NCBI GenBank assembly: GCA_051362555.1
Contig: CM120640.1
Coordinates: 3,410,001-3,474,000, forward strand
Source: Lingula anatina
Taxonomy: Eukaryota; Animalia; Brachiopoda
Direction of reading: 5' to 3'
Length of the DNA stretch: 64,000 nt
Notes under the pieces: model-generated
Told to the model about the DNA's origin: nothing
Databases searched by the model: none
The model's input: only the letters and a program-made list of their open reading frames with translations
Translations under genes and position numbers: made by a program
In this document: positions 47,078 through 64,000 of the stretch, piece after piece
How the letters are laid out: every line of letters starts with the position of its first letter
Numbering within the stretch: position 1 is the first letter of the stretch

Positions 47078-50000
47078 ATGTCTCAAGTGAGAATAGAGGA
47101 TCTGTTCAATGACTCCAGGTGATACTCTTTGAAATATGTCAGACTGTAGTAAATAGTAGGCACCCCGAAATTTGATGAATGTATTTAACATTAACGATAA
47201 GTAATATGCTGTTGTTATAACTTTTACTAAGTCATTATTTGCCCTTTGCTTTCTCTCTGAAAGCAGTAGAGGCCAAGGAAAAGTCATATGATGTATAAAA
47301 ATATTTTGAATCATTGCAAAATGAATTTTTTAGGTTTCCTTCTGGAGCTGGTGTAATTGGGGTTGTTCTGTATTTCCCTGTTGGATTGCTGCTTGCTGTA
47401 CTCAGATTTTTCATTGGATTACATACATATGTCATATCATGTATTCTTCCTAAGTCCAGCATTATTAGAAGGTAACTATGTCGGGTCTGTGATGTGAGAA
47501 TAGAATATGAAGATAGAACATTTATAAAGGGGGTAAATGTTCAAAATAAATTTTGTAAAATTTTATGATGAGCTGCTTTACTGTTTCAAAATATGCAGGT
47601 GTGCATTATTTCCAGTTGTGAGATATATGTGTATCAAGTTGCAACAGTGGAATTTGCATCACTTTTGCTACTTAAGACAAAATTGTTTTTTTTCAGCTGT
47701 GTTTTTCGAGTGATGTATGGTATATTGGGAATTGTTGTCACTGTCACAAACCCAGAAAACAGGGACAAAAGTTGCAAAGTGATTGTCACAAATTTTGTCA
47801 GCTCCTTTGACAGAACAGCAGTGGATTTGGTTTATCCAGCAATCATGGTAACGTATCTTAACTGTGACAGTAGTCAATTTGATAGTGATAGAAAGATACA
47901 TTACTTTGTCAGTGCTGTGATTGGGGAGATGCCTTGCTAATAGGGATCTGGTATACTGATTGCAAGATGTAGATTGATACTGATTGCGAGATGTAGATTG
48001 ATTTTCAAAAATATTTTTACTTTGAACTATGTGCAATTTACTTTGGATATGCATTTATCTTTATAATGTTCAACAAATGTTAGTAGCTTCATAAATTATT
48101 ATGCTTTGCTTTGTCCACAGCTTTAAACCTAACTTCAGATGCATTTCCCTTGAAAGTATATTTTTTGTAGAATAATCCAACTTTGCAGGGACTCATGCTG
48201 AATGCAGTCAGATAAATTGATGACACAACCCTTCAGACATCTAAGAGGTGATTAACTTGCATGTGAGCTCGAACTCTGGAAGGTTTTGCACTTCGTTTTG
48301 AGTGGAACCATATGCACACAAAAGCCACCCCATTGCTGCTTGAGGAAGCATGTCATTTAGTTAACTGCATTCAGCAAGAGCCTCCAAAGAGTTGGTTGGA
48401 TCTGCGTAGAACCCTCCTTTAGACTAAAGTTTTTTCTTTTGTAGCCAAGTGTTTGGGATCTTCCTCCATTGCTGAATTGGATGCTTGGCTATAGCAATAT
48501 GGGAGTAAAACAAGGGAGGGATATACTCATTCGCAATGCTAAGAAACATTTATTGGGTAATTACTTGTTAATATGATTGGAATTATATACATTAGATTTC
48601 TTCATACAATGTTAATAAACACAGCAGAAAATTGATTTTGGTTTTCATTATCAGGTTTTATGAATAATTTTATCTGTGGAACTTCTTTTAAGTTATTGGT
48701 TTTCATAATCAGGTTTTATAAATAATTTTCTTTGTAGAACATTTTTTAAGTTATTGGCTATATCGAATACAAGAGTCCTGTTATTGTTGAATTGAAGTAA
48801 AAGATGACACACATGCAGATATACTCACATACATGCGCCCACACACTTGTTCAAAACTTAATCAGACTATGGGTTGACTCAAGTTGCAGAGGGCTAAACG
48901 TTTATCATTTGTCTTCAGAGTCAAACCTACCAGTGTTAGCTCATCCTGAAGGTGCTTCTACCAATGGTAAAGTAGGAATGTTGAAATTCAGGTAAAATAT
49001 TCAAGTTCTTTATTTCCCTATCCCCTTTATAAGTTGTTTTAGTTCTACTGAAATTAGGCAGACTTTATACATCTTTGCATGAAGAAAAGAAAAAGTAACT
49101 GAATTTTCATTTTGATCATTTTTCAACTCTGTTTTGTTTCAGTGTCTGGCCATTTTCTTTAGAAGACCCTGTTCAGCCTGTGAGTATTATATTATTATTT
49201 TTTTAGATACTACATTTCCTAATTTAAAATCATCTAAGTGAATGCAACATATACTTGATATTTGACATCAACAAAGCAAGTTAATGCCTTCTTTTCTTCA
49301 TAATTTTCAGATTCTTATCAGTGTTCAGAGGCCCATTCCTATTGCAGCTGTGAGTATCTTACTCAGAACTCTTGACTGAATTCAATTTCTATATCAGGTT
49401 AAATGAATTTTGACTAAATTTAATAGGAATTTGATTAAGTGATAGTTTTTAGACATTTCTTACTTTCTTTTTCAAAATGATTCCCTAACTAGAGGAAATC
49501 TTACTTATGATATTTTTTAGGTATAAAGAAAACTGTTGATAGTATATTTTGTGCCCTTTTCTATTTCCAGTCTGTTCTGGGTGGCAGATGGTGGTTGGAT
49601 GTTTTCTGGTCTTTGTTTGTGCCATACACGCACTTCAAATTAAGGTTGGTCACATAGATTTAGCACATTTCATATGCCAATAGGCACAGAATATTTTAAA
49701 GCACACTGTTGTAAGTTAAGTAAGTTAAAAAGCAAATCATTTTCCAGGAAATAATCTAGTGAAATAAGTTTTTATACTTTCCATGTTTGCATTACAGTGC
49801 TGCCAGTAAGTTGAAAACAGTAAGATCTTAGATCAGTGCTTACATTTCATGTGGCCTGACCAAAGGTCTTTTTCACCTCTTGTCATTGTGTTCATATTAA
49901 CAAATTATCATTTAATTTTTTAAAGATGGTTTTTAAGATGGTTTTATCTTATTTTTGTACTTACTCAAATGATTCCACCAATGTATATATACATCAGAAA

Positions 50001-51455
50001 AGAACGAAAAAACTTTCAGGCTTTTCAAAATTTCATTGACAGAGTCCTCCCCACAATGGAGGCACAGGATGAGGAGAGTGTAGAGGACTTCACTAAAAGG
50101 GTGCAACAGGTGATGGCCGAAGAACTCGGGATCACGGCTACAAATTTTTCCAGTGCTGATAAAGTAGAATATGCTAAAAGGAAATTGATTGTTCAACCAG
50201 GTGGGAACCACGTTTCACACTTGGTTTGCCTGTGATTTGTTGCTTGGTCTGATAAGGTGCTGACTAAAAATATTTGAAAGTTTTTTATTGAAAGTAAACA
50301 CATGGTTTTTGGTATTAACAGACTTACAGTTCAACTTAATATTCTAAGAAATGTAATATGCCAAGAAATGTAAACATGTATTGATTCGAGATAATAAAGA
50401 CATTATGATCCAGTAATTTGCATCAAAAAAAGACATTTGGATGAATATAAAAATGTGAGAATAGTTCTCTTGCATGTAAATGTTTCGTAAACTGAAGTAA
50501 ACGGGCCATATTTGAGTACTTCCCAGAGCTTTTTACAGGAAATGTATGTTTTTTTAATCCACTTACACTAACATCGTTTATATCTCTATGCCCTGCAGAC
50601 TCTTCCACCAACAGTAGAAAAGCCACTGATCAACAAAGCCAGTCGTCACAGGTTGCCCCTCCGTCTAGTCCTGGGGCTGACACCAGGCTCCACACCATGG
50701 CTATGCAAGTCAGAGAGGTTCTGCCACATGTCCCCATTGAAGTTATCAAGAGAGATTTAGGCAAGTTGAACAGACAAACTCTAGTTTTGTTGTACTTTTA
50801 TTATTTTCAAATCTTTTGAAAACATTATTATTAAAGAACGAAAATGTCATAATATTGTCACCCTAAACCATTCAGGGTGGTTTGGGCTCATTAATGTAAA
50901 ACTTGTTCAATCATTTAATTTCAGGAACAACACGAGACGTTGACACTACAATAACTAACATACTAGAAGGCAGAGTAAAGTATGAGCCAGAGAGTGAGAG
51001 AACACAAAGTAGTTCTAGACCCCAGGTCAAGCCAACCCCAGTCTCAGTAAGTTATTTAATCCAAGCATACCTTGCTCACAATAAGCACCATTTATACTCC
51101 TTCATTATGATTGCTTTACATGAAATAATGTTCCAAAACAAAATTATCAGAGATGATAATATATAAATATATAATAATAAATAATCTTGAGTCTATTCAG
51201 TATAATTGCAACTCAAAGGTTGATATACAAAATATAGGTACATTTTCCAAAGACTAGAAATATGCACTGTACCACAAATGATAATTGTCCTTTGACTTCA
51301 TATTTATTTTTGTTCCTTTCCAGCCTTCCTCAAATGCTGCTAAATCATTCTCACGCTCACCTCAGGAGAGGACATTGTCCCTGAACGACAGGAAACAAGC
51401 CTTGTTGGAGAATGCTAGGAGGAGGTATCTACAGAAGAACAGCCAACAGCAGTGA
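47078..51455 (+). CDS. AUP1: Lipid droplet-regulating VLDL assembly factor AUP1 (ancient ubiquitous protein 1), 412 aa, 12 exons
   Basis: Exons 47078-47118, 47334-47471, 47697-47847, 48445-48556, 48919-48991, 49143-49179, 49311-49349, 49571-49644, 50043-50200, 50599-50760, 50925-51046, 51324-51455 (1239 nt). LYFPVGLLLAVLRFFIGLH hairpin, PEGASTNGKVGMLKFSVWPFS, CUE domain VREVLPHVP..RDL..VDTTITNILEG, G2BR ERTLSLNDRKQALLENARRRY. Confidence 0.93.
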
Positions 51456-52775
51456 ACTGTGACAGCTATTCTGTAATCTAGAGATGTACTATATGTTAAA
51501 AGATATCCACTAACGTCTAGTGAACAGCACTGACAAGCTGTTCTCTCCTTTACTACACTTGAACATGGCCAGTTTAAAATGCTGAAAGTATCAAAGTTAC
51601 AGTGTGAGGTTTGACAAAAAGCGATTTCCTTTCTTAAATGTTGCCTGCTCATACCCCCTCATTGCACATAAGACCTAGCTTATACTTAAACGGAAAACTG
51701 AAGTAAATCACACAGTTAGTAAGTGGAATTTTCACATTGCTGTGCCTGGTGCAGGGTGATCAGTGAGACTGTTTCAAACCTGAAAGTGGGTTTTTGTTTA
51801 AATATGAATTCTCCATAACTGAAGACGAATTATTCAGTATGTTTTAATTGGTTAGTTCTTCAACAGTTGTAGTATAGACGTGTCAGTTCATTACAAACTG
51901 GTAATTTGAATGTTTCGCTGGGGTGCTACACTAATGTCATGGAGGATTTTTGTGGTAAAAAAATAACAATGTGTTTTTACAGAGAAAAAAGAAAACAGGA
52001 ATGTATTTTGATATTATGTAAATAAGTGAGTAAACTATGTTAAAGTGAAGCTCAGGTCAAACAAATAAAAATGTCAGATTGACATTGAATATTTGGTTTG
52101 CTATTCCTTTTAATTTTTATTAAGTTTCATTCTCAGTCAAGTTTCAAAGTGTTGGTAGTTTTATATCAAATTATATCTTTCAACAGCAGTTGCCATTCTG
52201 ACTTATGTAGTTATATCATTCTTATGTTAAATGCTGTGGAATGTATCACAAATGTGCAGATTTTTTTGTCTCAATGATCACAAAATGTTTCAACAAAATG
52301 CCCAGCATATGGTATGCAGCCAGCACATTACTACAAATCACTGTCCATCTTTGCAAATTTATTTGGATTGGAAATTGAAAAGAATCTGCTTCTATACACA
52401 CATCATGCTTCTTGCTAACTATATGAGTGGTACTTTCAGACCAAAATTAAGTTCATTTTCAGTGTCATTGCACATATTCACAATACTTAATAACACGTTT
52501 AACCCTGTTAAAACAACAGAGACACTTAGATTTATCTTGGGTGTCATTTCTTTCAGGTATTTCAATAAAACGTCAAACTACAACAAACAACAAGGCCATA
52601 TATTGACAATAAATATTTTATCATTCATGTTGCACTCTTTGATTTGCACAGCAGTCAACCTTAATTCCTGATATCCACTTTGATAATCGGTGCAATAATG
52701 ATCACTCTTTACAATAAAAAATCCCTTAAAGACCTCAATTAAAAGCTGAACAAGTACTTGCTTTGCCAGCCTGTA

Positions 52776-55030
52776 TCAGCTATTATTTCCTTGAAGATAA
52801 GCTGCTCTTTTGTGAAATACGTCCTGTATAAAAGTATGGAATGCGCAATCCGTGTTTTTACTGGCGTTCACCACCTGAGACTCCACACCAGAGGGCACTA
52901 GTAGTACACCAGTCTTCAAGTCTTTGAGAATTTCACTTTTAAGTCCATTAAGCTTTTGAGCAAATGTTTTAATGCCTTCAGGTATATGTGTTTGAGTTTC
53001 TGAAAAAAATTATAAAGAAATACTGTAATAATTGCACAAAAAAATAGTTATTTTGTAAAAAAAGTAAAATCATTGGTGCAACTTGTTTAAATGCCCTAAT
53101 AAATTAGTGATATTTCTCAACGTTGTTTATATTTCTAATCCTACATGATATCATGTAAAAATAGATATCTTATTTTAACTAGTATAAAAACCATGGTAAT
53201 CTCTTCCTTGTAATGTACTAGTACAAACCACACACCCCTACCTTTTTTCAATGCAATATGTTGTCCAATTAATTTCCTTAATATCTGGTCTGCTTGATGA
53301 ATTAGATTTTCAGAGCATGTGATCCGACTCTCCTCCTTCATGGTCATATCCTCCTCTGGAGGCCTCTGTACTGGGTGGTGTAGTACATGATTCATAAACT
53401 GCAGAACAGAGTCACTGTAATGAAGAAAATTATGAAATATAAAATTAACAGTCTCACTTAACAAGTCATATTTTAATGGAACAGATATTAATGAGCTTCC
53501 ATTAAAAAAAAAAAGAAATTAATCCTACAAGTTAAGAACAAGATTAATTAAAACAAAAGAACGTTTACAAGCAAGTACTCACACTGAAGAAGAAAACTCG
53601 TCTAAAGTAATACTGTTTTGTTCCCATGCCTCCTCGTGGTCCGGTGGCTCCAATCTTGTTGCCATGGTTACTATCACCTCTTCAGGGACGGCTTGCTCTC
53701 TTTTCCGATTTCTTTGTAATGCAGTCTCTACATCACAACTGATGTATACTTCACCAAAGCCAATTTCATCTTCAACAAGTAAATCAATGCTTCACTGTTA
53801 AGTACAAGTATACAGTTGTAAAAGTGGAACTTGATATGGACAATAAATGCTTTTTGAAGCAACAATAAAATAATACAGAATGTGAAAAGTACCAAGAAAT
53901 TATATATATATATGTGTGTGTGTGTGCAATAGTGAAAACACAATAGTGAAATAAATTAGCACATCAACTTTTTCCTTTCAAAAAAAAAAAAAAAAAAAAA
54001 AATACTTAGCTGCTTGTTATGATTAAAATTTCACAAATATATCAATCTACTGAGTGATGTTATTTGTACCTAATAACTCTTACATTTTCTTGCCAGCTGG
54101 TAATATTCATATCTCATACTTCTATAGTAAAGATTGTCATCAATCAAAAAGACATGGTTTGTCTTATCCAATTCTGAGTAGCTTTTGATTCCTTGTAATT
54201 GTTCAAATCTTAATTGAATTTCAGCAGGAATTTCACTTTCTCTTCCCTGTGATACACCAAGAATTGATGCTATTTTCTGGTCAAGACATTTCATTATATT
54301 CCTTCTGTACTTCTTCCACTGTGAACATCCCTGAAACATATTTTGTTTCTGTCAATGCCAAGATATACATGTACGAGTAAATATCTATTTAATAGCAGTG
54401 TCAAGATGTAGTCCAAATAACCACACTCCAGCTTTCTATTTTGTCTTCATATATTCATTTGTGTTCAAGATTCAAACAACAGAGACTAAATGAAAATGTG
54501 AGTCAATAAGATTTCAACTTGTAGAGTAGGATTATTTGAATTAGAATGGTTCAGCCCTTCTCATACACTAATATTGCCAAGGTTGAAATTATTGGGATTT
54601 TTTTTCCACTTAAGTTATCTAATAAAATATTTTCACAAAGGTTATTTTTTTTCTCTTCCTCTTTTCTTGACATTATAAATTATATGTACAGTGTACCTAA
54701 GTCAAGTAGTGGGAAGATTTGAAAAATGAGTTAAAATATAAACCAATTTCTTTTTTTTTAAATATCCGTTAATATTAACTTTATTAATTAAAAATAGCCA
54801 CTATGGCCAACCTCCTCGGACACTGTCTGTAGTATAGTTCTTTCTGTGTCCGCCGGCAGCAGTTCATCATAGCATACATGGTACAACTTCAGGCTCAGCT
54901 CAGCTGACTTCTGTTGACATTTGGCTGCTTCTGATAAAAGACGCTTGCACAGCGTCGTCTTACCGCTACCTGGTAAGCCACATAGAAGAAATATACATGT
55001 ATTGTCGCTGCATTTCACGTTTTCTACCAT
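52776..55030 (-). CDS. PSTK: L-seryl-tRNA(Sec) kinase, 349 aa, 5 exons
   Basis: Exons (minus) 55030-54812, 54330-54084, 53769-53583, 53414-53242, 52999-52776 (1050 nt). P-loop LCGLPGSGKTT, VCYDEL, WKKYR, LIDDNLYYRSMRYEYYQLARKY, ALQRNRKR, LEPP..WE, NLIHQADQILRKLI. Confidence 0.92.
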
Positions 55031-55711
55031 TGGTGTTGAATAAATATTTCCTGTTCATATTACACTTATACCAGTCATATCTTAGTTGTACACGCGTGCT
55101 ACATGGGCGCCGACATACTTACAGAGGGCGAGTGGCAAACCATTTCTTAACGATATATTATCTCGGCTGTGATTGGCTGTATGTATCTCCTCCTAGTCCA
55201 AAAAAACACCATTTGATCTTACTATACTCGATGTGAATTGTAAACTGTTAACACTTGGATATAAATATATTGTTTTTACACAATTTTTATATTTGAATAA
55301 GTTGCATATTCTTTTAGATAAACATTAAAGGGATAAATTGACACACTTCACTTAAAAAATTTAATCCAATCACAACAGCTTTGCCAATATTAGTTAGGGT
55401 GCGTAGTAGGAAGTGACGACACGGCCGTACGATTCACATGGTGAAGGAAGATCACACAGTGTATGCGGTTGCACAAGGGTTGTGAAAGAGTTTTGTACAT
55501 TCTAAATTTTACGAAAATCTATTGTAGTTTACAATCTGATTACTCGGGTTAACTAAATCAACAAGAAAGAACAAAGATTTAATAGAATTTAGGCCAAATT
55601 TGGTCTTCTTTCTGAGGGCCATTCGCGCCATTTTGATAAATTGTGAATACTGCGAAGTAGGAAATTAGTCAGTGATCGAAGTTTTCAGAGACTCAAAACA
55701 AAACTAAGAAG
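55031..55711. promoter_or_regulatory. Probable bidirectional promoter PSTK/ETF1
   Basis: 681 bp between divergent ATGs; CCAAT boxes (about 55171 reverse, 55366, 55384), ETS-like AGGAAGTGACG (about 55408), YY1-like CGCCATTTT (55626-55634). Confidence 0.6.
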
Positions 55712-61263
<5,552 letters not shown>

Positions 61264-64000
61264 GTAAGTAGTTGGCTGTTGATTTTTTAAGAAAATGATA
61301 TCGTGAAAATATTTATAGGGGTATTTGCATTGTCTATAATTGTCAGAGAAGATGAATATTGTAATGGTACATACCTGTGTATACTTAGGATTACTAATGT
61401 CATTACTGTTTGTTATTAACTCTCCTGTGTTTTGCCAAAATCTAACTAAAAGCCCCATTGCGTGTGCAGAAATGGCAAAAACAGTTGAGATTGCAGAGAT
61501 TGTATAGGTCAATAGCAGCAGTGAAATACTGGAAAGTTATTGGGAAAAATATCAGTGATTTGCAAGTCAATCTTCATCCTGGAGCTTTGATAAGAGTAAT
61601 TGCTCATTTATGTCTGTTCTTTGTCTGAACTTGATAAAGGGACAGGGACTAGTCATAGTATCAATGGCAGGGACCTGAATGGGACCAATCCTGCTGGTTT
61701 TAACCCCCATCTTTATGTGACAAAAAATAAAACTTGCTTAAAAACCAAGGTAAAACCAAATTTAAATCGTGTTTTGCTGCTTAAGTGGCTGTGCATCATG
61801 CAGATTTGAAACTCTTTGGCTGTTGTTTACTTTGATCCAACGTCCCCACAAGGTCATCGTTCCTTCAAGCTTCAATAATGCATAAAATAGAGGCAAAAGA
61901 AAACACTGCCATCGGTGACAACCTGTCTGTAATCAGGCTGCCAGGAGTGGCACTGTTGTGTTACACACAGGAGGGCATTCTCAAGGCTGTTACTTTAGGA
62001 TTAACGCAAATGTCATTAGTCGTTGAAAAACATTATTTCATTACTTGTGGTTAACGCATAACTAGGTCTTCGTTAAAAGGTCTGAAGGCATGATATTTTC
62101 ATTCAGGTTTCCTCCTGTGAGACCTGGACATTACCTGAAGATGCCCGATAGCTTCTGAAAATTATATATTTTTTGTATGCAATCAAAAATTTTCACCATG
62201 GGATGTGAAATTGAGTGAATTACACACCAATGGCACTTTAAAGGAGTTGTGGTTTGTCAAAGTAACTGGTGTTGATTAAGGAAAATGGACAATGTTATTT
62301 TCAATGGCAGACATATGGTTCCATATCATCTTTGAAGAAGTAGATTTTGAGATTGCAGGAGACGTAAAAGTTGCCCTTGAATGGCACCTGCTACACAAGG
62401 TTGAGTAGAGGTTGATGGAATGTATTCTGTGAATGGGTGCAGACTCACCCACAAGTTTAAAAAAGGTTTTAGATAAGGTTATTTTGAGAGATTAATTAAG
62501 AAGTTTGCCAGTGAAACTTAAAATGTTACAAGATCAGATCAGAACTTAAGTATACTCAGTGGCCTAAATTTATTGAACTTGACTACATATAATCAATACT
62601 TGCCTCAGAAATGAAAATCTCTGAAGATGAGGTGGTGTTTTGAAAGGAAGAAAGAGAGTTGCTTTGCGGTCAACTTAGGAAAACAGCATGGAATTGCAGT
62701 GCGCCAAATCTCTGTTTAGATAATGTGACTTTCATTAAGTTTGAAGTAGACAGAGTGAAGGGAAAAGTTGACATTTCCTGCTATCTTTCCTCTAGCCTCG
62801 CTGTGTGGTACTAAATGATATATCGAGACAAGGAAACCCAAAGAAGACCATTAAAACTTTGCAGTTACTATGGTGATTATCTGTTCTTTTTTGCCAACAC
62901 TCATATTCTAGTGTAGTGATACTTATTATTAATAATTGTGGTAGTCCCTTTACCAAGTGGTTTTATATTTTATATCAAGTTCTTTATGCTTTGTATGTGT
63001 TTATCACAGCGTAGGGAGGGGTTGTTCAATCCAAACTGTTCTAATATCTCCACAGTAAGAGGCATTGTCAACATGTTATGTCCTGGGTGATAGTAATAGA
63101 CAGTTTTGATTAATTCCTTGAAAACAGCCATAAAGATTGGTGAAAAGAGCACCAATAACTAATATTTCCCCAAGGTGAGCTAGCAGGATAACATGAAAGC
63201 AAAAATGTCTGCTTTGATACATTTGAAATAAGGATGTCGCTTTCTGATACATCTGTACGTTATAATTTCTGATGGTCTTGAAGTTCTGTAGTCAGATGAC
63301 AAATCATTCCTGGGTCATTGATGTCTGATCCATCAATATAATTGCCCACCAGTGGCAGTGCTCTCTATAGCTTATCAGATCTAATGTCAGAGGGGAATAA
63401 GTCTAACTTGTCATTTCAGCTGACATAAATGACTCCAAAGCACAATATTTTATTGACCCCACACCTATACTAAAGCTACCCTGTCGGCATTATTGTATTG
63501 GTTTGCCTTCATGACTTTTTTTTTCTTTTTGTTCATTTTAATCATAGTATGTAAATGGCAGTAATCTCTCCTACGTGTGAGTGCCAGAAAGTGAGTAGGA
63601 GGGAGTAAATATCTCCTAAATGACTAGAATGTTACTATGTTTTTGTTTAAGGTTAATAGGAGTTGAGAGCAGATAGTTCACTATCTTTTGGGAATACTGA
63701 AAATTTATTTAAAAATAAACACAACGTTTATATTCTGTTGAATAGGAAATGTTGAGAGGTGAGACCTTTTGACGTGAAAACTACTATATTTTCTTGTTTA
63801 ATAGAAATGTCCAGGCTCAGGTTATGGTGTAAAATAAATCACAAAATCAAAGAGTTGGGAGGTGAAGATGCCACACGCAGTGAATTTAAGGCCAGCAAAT
63901 GATGACATATCAGTAGGAAATCCTGATCTTCTTTTAGTACCAGTACATTAAGTCTAAATTTAGTGTATGTGGTAAGTTGTTTTATGAGCTCATCCAATTT

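Noticed and set aside
62349-62408. Possible next ETF1 exon (contains LEW)
   Set aside because: The surrounding residues (GDVKVALEWHLLHKVE*) do not match the conserved PLLEWFANNYK and it ends in a stop.
63899-63927. ATGATGA...CTGA pair as a C/D snoRNA
   Set aside because: Only 17 nt between the boxes and no terminal stem.

Overview
AT-rich, intron-containing animal genomic DNA. The repeat families and gene style suggest a mollusc or other lophotrochozoan; this is inference only. Left to right: (1) two tandem, near-identical 3-exon MFSD4/NaGLT1-like MFS transporter genes, separated by two decayed head-to-head Tc1/mariner remnants, one interrupted by a CACTG-ended MITE carrying a tRNA-like segment; (2) a 2-coding-exon gene for a 139-aa prepropeptide ending in KR-AGCRRLRWCKACWEVMCKATRGTK, which I cannot assign to a known family; (3) a complete, very young Ty3/Gypsy LTR retrotransposon (identical 229-bp LTRs, TATC TSD, PBS, PPT, G GGA AAC -1 frameshift with hairpin) nested in a Harbinger-like MITE. 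It carries three unusual modules: a ComEA-type helix-hairpin-helix on Gag, a PHD finger on integrase, and a TatD-nuclease fragment after pol; (4) a housekeeping cluster TAF1B(-)/AUP1(+)/PSTK(-)/ETF1(+, 3' partial), forming two head-to-head pairs, with introns holding a Tx1/L1-type LINE, Kolobok-like MITEs, Helentron-type tandem repeats and microsatellites. Exon models were assembled by eye from splice signals, phase and remembered family motifs; no database searches were run.
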